Source: the human T2T-CHM13v2.0 reference genome, Homo sapiens
Assembly (NCBI RefSeq): GCF_009914755.1
Contig: NC_060941.1
Reading direction: 5' to 3' (one strand)
Length of the DNA stretch: 64,000 nt
Made by a program: the position numbers and the translations under genes. Of the stretch, positions 1-13,792 are shown piece by piece. Each line of letters begins with the position of its first letter. Position 1 is the first letter of the stretch. The notes beneath the pieces were generated by a model. That model was given only the letters and a program-made list of their open reading frames with translations, made no database searches and was not told where the DNA came from.

Positions 1-1149
1 AGCATTGACCTGGGAGACCCACACTGTTAAGATCAGAGACAAGTAAATAAAAATAAAGTATTAATCATCATAAATAAATCAAACAAATTTTCCTAACTAG
101 CATGTAAGTCATTCCTTTCATAGAACCTAATTGTGGGAAGTGGCAGGAGATAAGCCGAAGGAATTCAGAACTTATCGTAATGCTCATGTATTTCTTTGAA
201 AATTTTACATAAGTGTAAAAAATAATTTTTCTTTTGTGTTTTTGTTAAAATCACTTACAATGGATTAAAACAATAACAATAAAAGGATGGCTACTTACAT
301 TCTGGTACAGGAACTCATACAGATAAATGGCCAGAGGTAATTCAATCTTGAATCTCTTGAGGAAATGAACCTGTTAATGTATTTTAAATACATTAGTAAT
401 TAGAGAAAAGTGAAAAAAAAAAAAAACTCTGGATATCAATGTCTTTGCAGCTCAACTTGGCTGACATTTCCCTTTCGCTAATGAAATTAGAATTTTGAGC
501 ATGTCAGAAAACACATGATATTTCCAATGCAGTTTGGTTCATCTTACTCTTACGTACATAGTAGTGAACTTGTCTCTAGGCTGAGCAGTGGTTTCTTTGT
601 TTTACATGGTTTCCTTTCCAGTCTATGGCCTTTCATTAAGTGCATCACAGATAATGCTGAAGGACTAAATCCAAGAAGCAATTGAGTTTACAACAAACTA
701 AGGATTCAAAGGGCTTTAAAGGAACCAATTTACTCTTCTTCCTGCACTCATCTTTGCTGGAGTGGCTGTGGAGTACAAAAGTGATTAGTCTTCTACCACA
801 AATGTACTCTGATACCTATGTTTACTCAATTTCAGGAGCATTACCTGTATTTCTCTCATCAAAAGTCCAATCCTCCAAGCTGATTTCGCGTTATTATTCA
901 GAGAATTGACTTGTTCTCACTAAAGTGAAAGTCTTAGAAGATACTGTATTTTTAAAGTTGTGCTAACTCAAATATGGGCCTACATCTACATGTAGAACCT
1001 TCTCTAAGGTTTTCACGAAAAGTTAGATTAAAAACAAAACATGCTCTGTTTAGAAATATTTTGGAGAAAGCTAGCATTTTTTGAGAAATTAGTTGCTAGA
1101 AATTATTTCTCTTAAGTAGCTCTCACTTAACAAAATATCTTCTCTACTC

Positions 1150-1327
1150 TTTTTTTTTCTTTCTTTCTTTTTTTTTTTTTTTGAGACATGATCTTGCTCT
1201 GTCACCCAGCTGCTGGAGTGTAATGGTGCCATCGCAGTTCACTGCAGCCTGGACCTCCAGGGCTCAGCCTCCTGAGTAGCTGACAACCGCAGGCACACAC
1301 CACCATGCCCAACTAATTTTTGTCCTG
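1150..1327 (-). mobile_element. AluJ-type right arm with internal deletions
   Basis: Poly-T, then gagacatgatcttgctctgtcacccag...cactgcagcctggacctcc (J-type) and ccaccatgcccaactaatttttgt; left arm missing except the terminal cctggc. Confidence 0.85.
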
Positions 1328-1972
1328 GCTACTTTTACTCCTAAACCTTCTCCTTCTCCATAAACATCATATTTTTCATAACTTCTCCCCTTCCACTCTT
1401 TATACCAGCAAGACGAATGTTGCCCCAGTGGCCAAATATGTGTTATTTCACATTGCCCTGCTCTAATTAAGGAGGTGTGAAGAAGGAAATGCTAGCAACA
1501 GCAATGATAACTCAGGTGGCTTTGTGTGTGTGTTCTGGGAGTGGAGTGTCTTTAAGTGAGCATATTGGAGCACAGGATAGACAGGAAGAGCTCCAGTGTT
1601 AGTAAAATTATGAATCATTACTATGTTGGGGACTTCTAGAATTTAGGTCCAAAACAATTCTCCTGTGGTTGCAATCCATTATAAGTCATTCAATTAATAA
1701 AGAATGAACCAATTAATGGAAATAATATAAACCATAGACTTCTGAAAAAGTGGTAAGGATTTTTGAAATATATCCTAATGTGCACCAGGAGTCAAGTAAC
1801 ATGGACAGAGTATTTACTCAGCACATAAGTTGTTAGGCACAGATTATTAAGACTAAAGAAAGACACTTCAAATGAAAACACTAAAAAGAAGAGACTTTAA
1901 AAATCAGAAAATGATATTGATGCCCAAGTTTTCAGTTTGGAGAAGAGCAAAGAAATGCAAACAACGCCATTT

Positions 1973-2178
1973 GTTATTGTATAGTTCTAAAGCCATTTTT
2001 GGTAAAAATAATAAATTATTTTTGAGAAAAGGTGAAATTATCAGTAATTTTCTAAAGAACTATAATCTAACAAGTTATTATATAGCTCTAAAGCCATTAT
2101 TGGTAAAAATAATAAATTATTTTTGAGAAAAGGTGAAATTTATCAGTAATTTTCTAAAGAACTATAATCTACTAACAA
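1973..2178. repeat. Tandem duplication, 101-bp unit x2
   Basis: gttattgtatagttctaaagccattttt...tataatctaacaa (1973-2073) repeated from 2074 with 3 substitutions and 2 small insertions. Confidence 0.95.
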
Positions 2179-3932
2179 AAAAGACTATATAACGAATAAG
2201 CTGTTGGATGATTTTAGCCTGATGGGAAGTTGTGAGCATTTAAGATGAGGAGGGACCTGTTAGTCTTATTGGAAGCACTGTGTTATGTTATACGTATGTA
2301 TTAGCAGTTGCATCGACTCATAGTTCCTATTTTGTTTATTTCTCCACATATGCGAACTCCTGCTCCTCATTTTCCTGTTCCTCATTAGACACCTTAAGGG
2401 TCACTGGCAAGCAGTGGCCGTTTTATAGAAATAAAGGTCTAGCATGAATGTGTCATGAAGTTGGAATAACTTTCTCTTCCCCTAGGATCCAGCAAATCAA
2501 GGTTGAAATCCGTTGCCAAAAGCCTAGGGCTCAGCAGGGGGCCATGCCTGGAAGAAAGGGGGGTTATCTTTGCACTGGAGGGTGTAGTTGCTGTATCTTC
2601 CCTGCTGTTAAACTACACTTTTCAGAGGCTACTGACCTGGGAGCTTTCATCAGCCTTAAACCCACTTTTAATAACAACAAGCTCAGGGAATCTGGGGAGT
2701 TGTTCACCAATGTCTGGAACTCTGACAGATATCTTCTAGTTCTGCTTGGTAAGGTCCACCGCTGTTTCATGGGCCATGTCTCTTCTCCAGCACCAGTTCA
2801 GGAGGCAAAACCAAACATCGCCTTTTGGAATGAGACCTACAAATAAAAACAAATTAACTCACCTCGCCACCCGCCCCTTCCCTGCCCCTGGAGGTACATT
2901 TCAGCCCAGTGCTTGTTTTAATGTTCTGTTTTACAGCTTTTTGTGTTGAATTCTTTTGACAGTCACTGTTCTCAGAGTGGGGGCACTGCAATTCAACTTC
3001 CTCATTAATCATAATGGAGAACTGTGCTCACATGATCCCAGCGCATGGACTCTTCTCAGCTTGCAGTCCTGCTTGTTGCAACAAACAGGCTGCAAACTGT
3101 GTTTACTTTACATGTCAGATATTGTTAGCCTTGAACTGGGGCCTCTTGTGTGAACTGATCAGAAAGTCCAACGCAGTCAGGCTCAGGTTTCTCCTCCATG
3201 ATGGAGGTGACATCAGATCCTCCAGCACGGTGATAGTGGTTTTGACTGAACTGCTTGGAGATTACGTCTGGAGATTTCAAAGATGGTTGAGTTTCAATTC
3301 AAGGAGCCAACGTCCTGAATTAAGTGTTTCCTTCAGGGATTTTCTGTGTCAAGATCAAGAGAAAAAAGTGCTGTGGAGGTGTTTTGATTAATTTGCATGC
3401 TCAATTTCTTGGGATTCACGAAGCTTCTATTTCTAAGGTTATTTCTCATTATTCTCCAACATGTACATTTCTCTTTAGTCAGTCCCCCTTATCACAGCGA
3501 ATTTGATCACACTATTCATCTTAAATTAGATTCTTTTTCTACACTTTTCGTTTCCAATTACTCAAGTGATTTCTCACCTCTCTGAAAGCCCAGTTTCATA
3601 CAAAGTCAATATCCTGAAGTTCAGCATTACATAATCTTCAATTATTTCGAGTGGACAATATAATGACAGCATTAAGTTGAGAAATATCTTTAATGCAAGA
3701 TTAGCTTGAGAGAAAGAGAAGCTCTGCATTTTATACCTGCTTATCTGGTGAAATTTTTATGAGTCACTACTAAGAATCCCAGAAGAAAATGATACTCCTG
3801 TTTTTATCAGACAACTTTCTGGATATAATGTGGGCCCAGAATGGCATACCAACATCAGCAACCAGAGCTCTAAAAGCTCTTCTAGGCTCCCAAAGACTCC
3901 AGAGCAAGATGTTATTTTTGGTCCCTCCAGGC

Positions 3933-4160
3933 CAGTGACTTCCAATGGGGGAAGAGTTTGCCCCCGAGGGGATGTTTGACAATATCTGGAGATATTTTTT
4001 AGTTGACACAACTGGGGAGTGGTCTTGTTATTGATATATACTGAGTAATGGCCACTGATGCTTGCTACGCATCTGTCCATGCACAGAAAAGGCCTTCGCC
4101 TCTCCCAACAAAGAATTACCTGGCCCCGAATATCAGTAACACTGAAGCTGAGGAACCCTG
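3933..4160 (+). mobile_element. MER20 (hAT-Charlie MITE), full length
   Basis: cagtgacttccaatggggg...tttgcccccgagggg...aacaaagaattacctggccccgaatatc...gaggaaccctg is colinear with the MER20 consensus; both termini present. Confidence 0.9.
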
Positions 4161-4188
4161 CCTTAGTCTACATCAATACTATAAATTC

Positions 4189-4235
4189 CGTGCCTTATGA
4201 ATATCAGGTACTCAGTAAATGCTTAAGGAATAAAC
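4189..4235 (+). mobile_element. L2/MIR 3' tail fragment
   Basis: gtgccttatgaatatcaggtactcagtaaatgcttaaggaataaa resembles the L2 3' terminus. Confidence 0.5.
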
Positions 4236-5079
4236 ACATGTATAAATTAAAGGTTCTGAACTAGAATAAGTGTTTACATTTGGTCACTAATACTCCTTTG
4301 TTAACCTGTTTCACCCTGGATCTTGCCAGCCTGCCTAGACATACATACTTAGCATTTCTTCCTGCCATCTCTGACTTCCTCAGACTGCCCAGCTCCAACC
4401 TCGGTGTGTTAGATTCCTCTCCTTCATGGTCCACGCCTGCTCAGGCACTCAGTCTCCGACTTGACAGCCTGCTGAGACAGAAGACCACAGAAGCAGGGTC
4501 AGTAGAAGATCTGGAACCAGGAGCAGCAACAGTCCCCACTACCTATTCTAAACAGTAACGTCACTTGATGAATTTCGGCAGTTTTCCCATTTTATGCCAG
4601 GCCCTGTTGATACAAGTGCTGTAGCTGTAATGAAGTTAAACTCAATATATTTTTTCCTCTAGTTATAACTGGCAATAATTTTGCAAGTTCCCAGCTACCG
4701 TGGAATCCATTCAGGGCAGGCAAAAAAAAAAGCAAACAAACTCCAGTATGAAATGTAATTGTGGTTGCCACATGTGAAATAGGTTAGCTACCAACATTTC
4801 TTGTTACCTTTACTCTGTGGACACTGGCTTTTGCTTAAACTAAGTGTATTTTGCTATTTGGAAATGGAGACAATGATCTGGGCATTTTATTGGAAAAAAT
4901 GGCTTTTCCTGGAATAATTCAGATTATAGAGACAAAATGATACTTAAAATATGTTGCCAAAGAGTGTACCAACATTTGACATTCTTAATCTGAGAGATGT
5001 GAAAATACACTATGTGCCCAGGTCTGAAAATATGACTAGACATAGTTAATTAATGCATGTATACTATATATAAACAAAT

Positions 5080-5220
5080 TGACCTGGCTGTGTGCTTTAT
5101 CCATCTAATCATCACGGGGACCCTCTGAGGTATATTATGATATCCTCATTTTTATAGTTAAGGGTAGTGAGAATCGGAGAGGTTGAATAACTTCTAAGAT
5201 CACATACATAGCAAAGGAGA
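5080..5220 (-). mobile_element. MIR SINE
   Basis: atcctcatttttatag...gagaggttgaataacttctaagatcacata matches the antisense MIR core. Confidence 0.7.
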
Positions 5221-5819
5221 CTTCTTAACTTACAATTAGAATGAAGATAGATAAAAAGGGTTCATTATATTATAGAAAAATATTAACCATTAAATTTGAA
5301 CACATTTGACATTAGAAGATGTCCCTAAAATTTTGACAATAAATGCAGGTTTTAATTTTCCACAGTGCCAAGTTACCATCGTTAAAATTTTGCATCTGTC
5401 TATAACATCTATGTTATTCCTTCAGTTAAACAACTTTGTAGAAGTATAGTTTTTCTCAAATTTATAGTTCTCTCTGATCCTAACAAAAGGAAATTACTAT
5501 TTTAAGTACTTTTCAAGGTAGAAAATTTCTTCTCTAAAAATAATGTGTCAATAACACTGAGCCATGTTCTAATATCTTTTAAGTATGGACTTGTCCGTGC
5601 GAATACTTTACTGTGTCATTAGGTGGAAACCGTGGGTCACTTTTAAACAAATATTTGGATGCAACTTCATGAGAAAAATGTTTCCAGGGTTAAGAGATGA
5701 TACTCTGAAAAAAAGGAAAATTCAAGGTACTTATAGCTACTGAAAGGTTTTTTTTTTTTCCTTAATGGTACTTAATTCATGTTGTAAGTAAACTGTATTT
5801 ATACAAGCGAAAGCACACA

Positions 5820-7113
5820 TTTTATTTAAGTAGACCAATTTGCAAAGAGCCCTGTACATACATCTGTAACGTACTATAAACATGAACATACAGAGTCCTT
5901 TTATACTACTTCTTTTTTTATATATTTTTATTTCGTATCAAGGATTTCTACTGACGTCAATGGCAGTCTCAGAATTGGAATGAGTAGTGTAGATTAAACA
6001 TTAGTGGCTGAGAGAATTTTATCTCATTTGCTAAGAAAAATCTTGCATAAGGGATCTAATCAGTTAATCTTAATTAAAGAAATATTACTTGTTTCGGTCT
6101 TTCCAATTGGGATGAACAACAGCAACAATATGAAAAACTTCTTCAATATGAATAACAGGCTTAAAGTTTCAGACACTTGAATGTTTTAATTGGGTGGAAA
6201 CCTGTAATAAATTACTTTCTATTTCATCATAATACAGCTTTTTTCAATGTCCAAATATTCATTACCAGAATTTCCACAATTATATAGGGAAGCAACATAA
6301 AACTCAAGTCATAAATTCACATTTGTATTGACTGAAAAAAATTAGTCTCCATTTAAATACCCTTCCCATTTTGAAACTAGCTTTTATCCCTGTCTAGTTT
6401 AGCAACATTTGTTAAGACAGTTTCTTAGAGCTGGTCAGATGTTGAAAGTACTCACAAGATGCATTGCATTATAAAATCTGCATCGTATGTAGGATTTTCA
6501 CTTTCATAATAGGGTATTATAACTTGCCGATTAAAAATGTCTTCATTCTTTCTGGTTTAAAAATAGTCTTTTTCCATGTAAATTAGTCTCCGGGAGGCAA
6601 GAGACTCCATATTTCCTGTACCTCTGCCCGAACTTCTTCAAATTGTGTTTGGATGTATAAAGTGGGTCAGGAAACCAATTCATTGACATACACATACCAG
6701 GAAAAAGGCCTCAGTTAATCTGCACCGCCCCCCCACCCTGCCAAAAAAGAATACCTTTTTATAATGCTGAAGGAGTGGAGGTACTGTTAATGAAATAATG
6801 TGCCTTATCTGAAAACCCTGCCCCATTTCTGATATGGAAGAAAATCAAAATGCGTTCATACTCTTAACAATAATGACTGTCATTGTAGTCTTCAGATGGG
6901 AAATTTGCATTAGTTATAACAGAACTTTGCAGTAATTTTAATAATACACAGAAGCATTCATATGTATGAGTGGGGCAAAGTAAAATAAATTTTATATGTG
7001 TTACTTCTGACTCTTTCTTGTAATCTATCTGCTATTCCAGAAGTAGCTACAAACTTATGCTTCTAGAAATAGATATTGTATTGATAATTCACCCCATCCA
7101 CACTACCTGTTAT
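5820..7113 (-). other. Candidate terminal exon of a minus-strand (probably non-coding) transcript
   Basis: Minus strand tttatttttcttttcctctcaag|ATAACAG| is a strong pyrimidine tract with AG at 7114/7107; repeat-poor downstream; AATAAA on minus near 5821-5826. Confidence 0.25.
5952..5959. promoter_or_regulatory. Full CRE palindrome TGACGTCA at the centre of a decayed inverted repeat
   Basis: Exact motif with its CpG retained; function not shown. Confidence 0.35.
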
Positions 7114-7529
7114 CTTGAGAGGAAAAGAAAAATAAATGGCTTTGAAACCGATATGGATCTTGAAGTAAAGGAGAATTGGTTTTCTTACGCAGAATCCCCA
7201 GTGCGCAGTGCTGCTAAGGGGAAGCCCACATTTCTGATTTTCACTTTGTATGAAAAAACAATATTTTTCCTTGATCATTGTGGTGAGATTGAAGCAACAA
7301 ATCTCACCAGCCCGAATCACCAAACTCCCCACCACCCTTTACCCCATAACGCTGTTCCCTTGCTTCCATGTGTTTTTTTACCACCCAGCTTATTTGATCC
7401 CCTGGAAGATGAATGGCTTTGACTAAAAAAATTAAACAATGGCATAACGAAAATGCAGGATAGGGTAAACCTCACCGTGCTGCACAATTTCCTTTCTTTT
7501 TTCCTGTTTCTGAGGTCAGGTCTGGGTGG

Positions 7530-7586
7530 TTTTTTTTGGGGTTTTTTTTTTGTTTGTTTTTTGTTTTTTTTGGTTTTTTTTTTTTG
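7530..7586. repeat. T-rich simple repeat (T/G low complexity)
   Basis: Runs of T interrupted by G. Confidence 0.9.
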
Positions 7587-7764
7587 TCCATCCACTCATA
7601 TTTGCTGTAATTCTTTTAATCACTGATGTTTCTTTTTAAAATTTTTGAAATTATAGTGATTTGTCTTTTACAGTTTTCTGTTCAGTAGGAAGCAGTGTAA
7701 TGTCTGAATGTTTCACTAGATATACTATGTTAGAATCTTCTATTCCAGTATTATTATTTTTTAC

Positions 7765-7926
7765 TACTGAGTTCTAGTTCCCAGGTCTGTCACTTTAAAA
7801 TATTAGTTTTCTCTCTGGTAAAGTGAAAGCAATAGTTGCCCTGCATTGACTCTTAGGGTAGCCGGGGAAGACACAAAATTATAATTCACGTAGAAGCAAC
7901 TTGTAAGCCTTAAGATGGACTACATA
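7765..7926 (+). mobile_element. MIR3-like SINE fragment
   Basis: gagttctagttcccaggtctgtcact...agttttctctctggtaaagtg...tcttagggtagcc. Confidence 0.5.
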
Positions 7927-9418
7927 TGAAAGAAATTAGACTGAAAATATAATTTCCTAGCAAATGTATTGCATAGGATATTTTAATATAAAATAATTTA
8001 TGGAATACATGAGTGGGGGAAAAGGAAGGGAAATAATAGTAAGGTCTGTTTTAGTGTTCCATGAAGTATTAGCTAATTGATATGGAGATATCTAGTTTTT
8101 TTTAACTGGCAAATAGTAATTCTGGGTGGCTGTTTTTCAAATCTTATATACCAGGACATATAATTTGAAAAGACCAAATCCTCATTCGACGAAAAAATAA
8201 TTTGCCACCTGTTTGCCTCACCCTAAAAAATACAACATTTAATGTACTAAATTGTTCAACAACCAATACAGTTTCTGGAGAGCAATTGAGAGCTTCTCCA
8301 TTTGCTCACAGAGCATACAGATTAAATTATATTTGGTTTGGCTGCCAGGGTTTATAGAAAGCAGTAGGTGCCAGGGACAAGGGTTGGTGGGACTTTATGA
8401 TGATGGTCAGGTGCCTGAAGAGGACAGTACGTTTTCCACAATGGACACTTTAGGGGATTATTGAGGAAAAACAACCTAGTTGGTTTCCTGGGTGACCTAG
8501 ATGGTATGCAGCCCAGCAATGAGCTGAGCTGGATCACCAGGGAGGGGCATGAGGCCTTTGATATACAATTTCCCCCAAAATTCGGCATGCAAAAACAATC
8601 ATGTTTCTCGTTCTAGTATACCTGAAAATGCAAACTTGAGCTCTCGGAAATATGTTGGATAATGCTTGTTTCTTTCCAGTTCCTCTAGACATATGCAAGG
8701 AGGCAGGAATTTAGTGACTACATTTACATAACAATGACCCATGATGAGGCTAGACATATCCTACCTAAGCAAACTTCTTATGGAATAGTGAAAGTTTAGA
8801 GGCCATTATTTACCCTGCCTGTCCTGTGTCTGCATATTTCTACTTAGAGCTTCACCTTGTGTTGGAAGCACTTATCTTTCTCATAGGCAAGATACACATC
8901 ATTTATCCCGGGGCTGCCTTCAGCAAGCAGCACTATGGTTAGCCTGACCCAGCCCAAGAGAGAGAAACACCCTTATGAGTGTGAATGGTTTACATGGTCT
9001 AATTTGGATGGGGCATATTTATGCACTCAATTGCTGAAACAACTAGACCAACCAAATGAGACTGAGATATTCCCAGGGATGTATGTCAAGTACCATTACC
9101 ATATTTGGATGAGTGGTGTCCATTCATTCATATACTTTTGAATACCTGGAGTGGTGAGTCAACTGAGAAGAAACCTGGGCAATGAAGCTGTGGGGATATT
9201 TCATGTACAGCAGCTTAATACTTCCTGGGCTAGCTGGGAATGCAATAGTACTTGCAGGCCTGTGTGCTCCCACTTTTCGGGAAACAAAGAAACAAGGAAC
9301 TCTGAGAAGTAACCTAAGCCTCCATGTGAGTTAGAAATGTAGGAGCAAAATTTAGGAGCAAAAACAAATAACTGATAAAAACTTCCTCTTGAGGCTTCTT
9401 CATAAAAATCCATATGCC

Positions 9419-9748
<330 letters not shown>

Positions 9749-10163
9749 TTAAAATAAGGAAACTGAAGAGATTAAAACATAAATAGAACTACTGAGCAAA
9801 TGTGGAAACCAGTGGTACTTAAGGAGATGAAAGGGAAAAGACTATCAAAGAGAGATAGAAGGCAAGTAAGATTAATCTACAAACTATCAATTTAAAAAAG
9901 ATCAGGATGAAGTCTTTTAAAGAATGTTTGTTGAAAAAAAAGGATGTATAGCTAGATGCCTTGATTAAATCTTCTTGGTCACATTGACTCAGGTTTCCAA
10001 GATTAAGGAGCTAAGATTACTATGTTCCAGACCAAAATCTTCTACTTCATTGTCAGGATTGTTTATCAAGTAAGGAGTAACAGATATTGATGAGATGCAG
10101 CTGTATCACAGAATGACCACTAGTTATGTACCCCTGAGGTTGAGGGAGCTGTGTGGTTTAAAG

Positions 10164-10685
10164 CAGGGGTCCCCAACCCCTGGGCCATGGACTGATACTA
10201 GTCCATGACCTGTTAAGAACCAGGCCACACGGCAAGAGGTGAATGATGGGTGAGAGAGTGAAGCTTCATCTGTATTTACAGCCACTCCCCATTGCTGGCA
10301 TTACTGACTGAGCTCCACCTCCTGTCAAATCCGCAGTGGCATTAGATTGTCTCGGGAGCACAAACCCAATTGTGAACTGCACACGCGAGGGATCTAGGTC
10401 GTGTGCTTCTTATGAGAATCTAATGCCTGATGATCTGTCAGTGTCTCCCATCAACCCCAGATGAGACCATCCAATTGTAGAAAATAAGCTTAGGGCTCCC
10501 ACTGATTCTACATGATGGTGAGGTATATAATTATTTCATTATATATTATGATGTAATAATAGAAATAAAATGCACAATAAATGTAATGCCCTTGAGTCAT
10601 CCTGAAACCCTTCCCCTACCCTGGTCTGTGGAAAAATTGTCTTCCATGAAACTGGTCCCTGGTCCAAAAAGGTTGGAGACCACTG
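10164..10685 (+). mobile_element. MER1A (hAT-Charlie3 derivative), full length
   Basis: TIRs caggggtccccaacc / ggttggagaccactg; 522 bp; 8-bp TSD gtttaaag/gtttaaaa. Confidence 0.92.
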
Positions 10686-11465
10686 GTTTAAAAGGTATGA
10701 GTGTTGAAGGGACCTAGAATTTATGGCTTCCCTGAACAAAGATGACCCATGCCTGCCTGTATGGTCTCTCCAGTCATACATGTCTTCCATATAGGGTGAT
10801 GTGATGATGGCAATTGTACCTGGAAGGTCCATGAACACTGCATTGCTATCTCTATATGAGCTCTATTGTTGCCAGTCTTTATTCTTTCTCAATACCAAGT
10901 AAACTTGGTGCTAGGTGAAGACTATTGTGTGTCTCATGAATTTGATTGTCAACTTGAACTCAAGACTACTATTGTTAGGTATAAAGGAGAGAATAGTCAT
11001 ATAAAAAACCTGTACTACAAGTCCTGAGAACAGTGCCAGAGATGATGGAGAAACAATAATGAAAATGTTCTGGCTACATTATTTTATAATTAGAATATTT
11101 CAGAGGGGCATATAGGTGGAAAGACCAAAGATGAAAATATGCCTTGTGTGAATAAATGGTTCAACGTTTTTGAGATGCAGAAAATTTAGCATATAAATTC
11201 TCAGAAAAAAAAAAAATTAAAGCGATTTATGTCTGTATACCCTGGAGAGGGGAAAAGAGGTGGGAAGAGCTGCCAACTCTAAAATGTACCTCCTAAATAC
11301 TGGTGTTATATGTTTTGCCTAGTATTTGCTTGGTACTCCAAAGAATCTATTTCAATAGAAAAATAATAGAAGTTCAAGACTTACTTAAACACCTGTGGTT
11401 TGGTGGTTTGGGGGTTGGCTGAAACGTCGTTTTCCATACAGGTAATTTAAGTAAAAAGAATTCTA

Positions 11466-11821
<356 letters not shown>

Positions 11822-13740
11822 TCATTTATAGCACATGTCCTATGGATAGTTTCCTATAAGTCCCATTTTGAAAGCAGTTAACTTTGATTACCTTTATAAG
11901 ATATATAAAACATTGGTGGTGATTCGGGAGACTGTTAAATGTCATTAGTGAGACTCACAAAGCCAGAGAAAGACAAGCAATATAGACAAAATCTAAACTG
12001 AATCATATTTCACTATTGACAAGAGCTGGGAGCCACATGCCGAGAATACTATGAAAATAATTTGGATAGAATCAGGCAGTAAATATTAGATTAGTAGCAT
12101 TCCAACAAGTAAATAAATAACTTGCACAGATTTGAATTAAAAAGGAAGTAGGTTAGTGTTGTAACTTTCATTCAGGGATTTTGTGTCATAAAAGCAGCCC
12201 ATCTGGAGGACATGCACTTGGAGTCTGAATCTTCACAATGATGCAATAATGACCTTAATCTTCCAGCAAAGGCCAGGTGAATAATTACCTTGCAAGTCTG
12301 CATTCCAGTCAAAAATCTCCTGTCAGGAAAGACTTCAGCCTAGTGAGATGGAATCTAACATTTTAAAAATGATATAAACATTTGTATAAATGATCAATCT
12401 CTTAATTCTGAAAATGCTGAGCAGATCTATAAATATGCAAAGTAAATTGCACCCATGATACTAATCCATTTTGTGGAACAACCTGTACTGGTATTCACAG
12501 GTTTTGTAATGTTTAAAGAAAATATGACTTTTAAGATAATGTAATAGAGTAGCCTTGGCATTCCAATTTAAACTAAATAATTGAGTAACTGATGTTTGCA
12601 CTAGAATATTTTATGGATTCTTTTTATTTCTTCTATATATTAGTAAGTTAGAACATATGCAAACATTTATTTACTGAAGTTGATTTTTTAATTGGTTCAC
12701 AAATGAAAGATAGTTACAAGGATTATGGGGAAAATATACATGCTAATTCTCCATTTCAAGGTGAGGAACAAGAAAAAGGCCACAGTTGCTGAGACAGTGG
12801 AAATCCGATGTTTAGAAACTAACCTAACCTAGCAAACTTTAGTCAAAATTGGAGACTTGGTATTTCTAAAAGTGTTGTGGTTCCTGACATTCTAACTAAT
12901 TCAGGCTTAACAAAGTACAGAAAAGCCCTTGATCCCTTATAGTGTGAAAATTAGTTGTTTCCTGGTAAATTCAGTTACTATATTCTTTTTTATTAAAATG
13001 ATTTATTTGTAAAGAAATCAGATTGAGTTATATTTACAAAACATATTTCAAAACTATATGAAAATACTTTCATACTAACATGTTTCTTTTTAAGGTATGG
13101 TAATGCTGTATATTGCAAAATCACAGTTTATACTTGAATCACTAGAATTTTTGACTCATTTTGGTGAACTTGATTCACTAAGGTTGGAAAATTACATTTT
13201 TTAAAATGGTGGAAGACAATTGGGTAAAAATGCTTGTGTTGTGAAGTTAGATATTTCTCTGTTTTCTTATAAGTAAAATCAAGAATTTCAATTAGTAGAC
13301 ATTTTAAACACTTGCTATGTCTAACACTGTGTGGGTTGTTAATTATTTTTTTTAATGTACCAGTAGTTTCTTTTCTTAAGGAATTTATTATTTTGTACGC
13401 AACCTAGCTATGGCTGAGGACTCCATAAGAACTGAGATTTTAAGAGAACTTGGCTAAGTATTTAATCTGTATTGTGAGGTTCAAACCAACTTGGGTTTCA
13501 TCATATGTATGCATTTCGATTATTAAGTTGTTAAATATTTTGGAGAGTTTTGCTCTTTAGTTTTGCTTTTAAGATGCAACAGAAAAGTCAATGTGTTACA
13601 TATGTTTTTGATATGTGTTTGATAAATTTAGAGGAATTAAATTATACATGGCATGATTGCTTAAGGAAATTTAAAATTTTCAGCTTGACTTGATCAAACA
13701 TTGATCATAGGGTCTCTTGAAAATGATTAAGTTTTATTCA

Positions 13741-13792
13741 TGAAAAGTTTGTTTATGAGGTTAACCTGAAAAGTTTGTTTATGAGGTTAACC
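13741..13792. repeat. Perfect tandem duplication, 26 bp x2
   Basis: tgaaaagtttgtttatgaggttaacc occurs twice, identical. Confidence 0.97.

Noticed and set aside
2448-3391. 132-aa and 125-aa plus-strand ORFs
   Set aside because: No recognisable domain or coherent exon structure; length compatible with chance in a slightly GC-richer patch
12239-12247. C/EBP-ATF element TGATGCAAT
   Set aside because: A single 9-mer is expected about once by chance in 64 kb of AT-rich DNA
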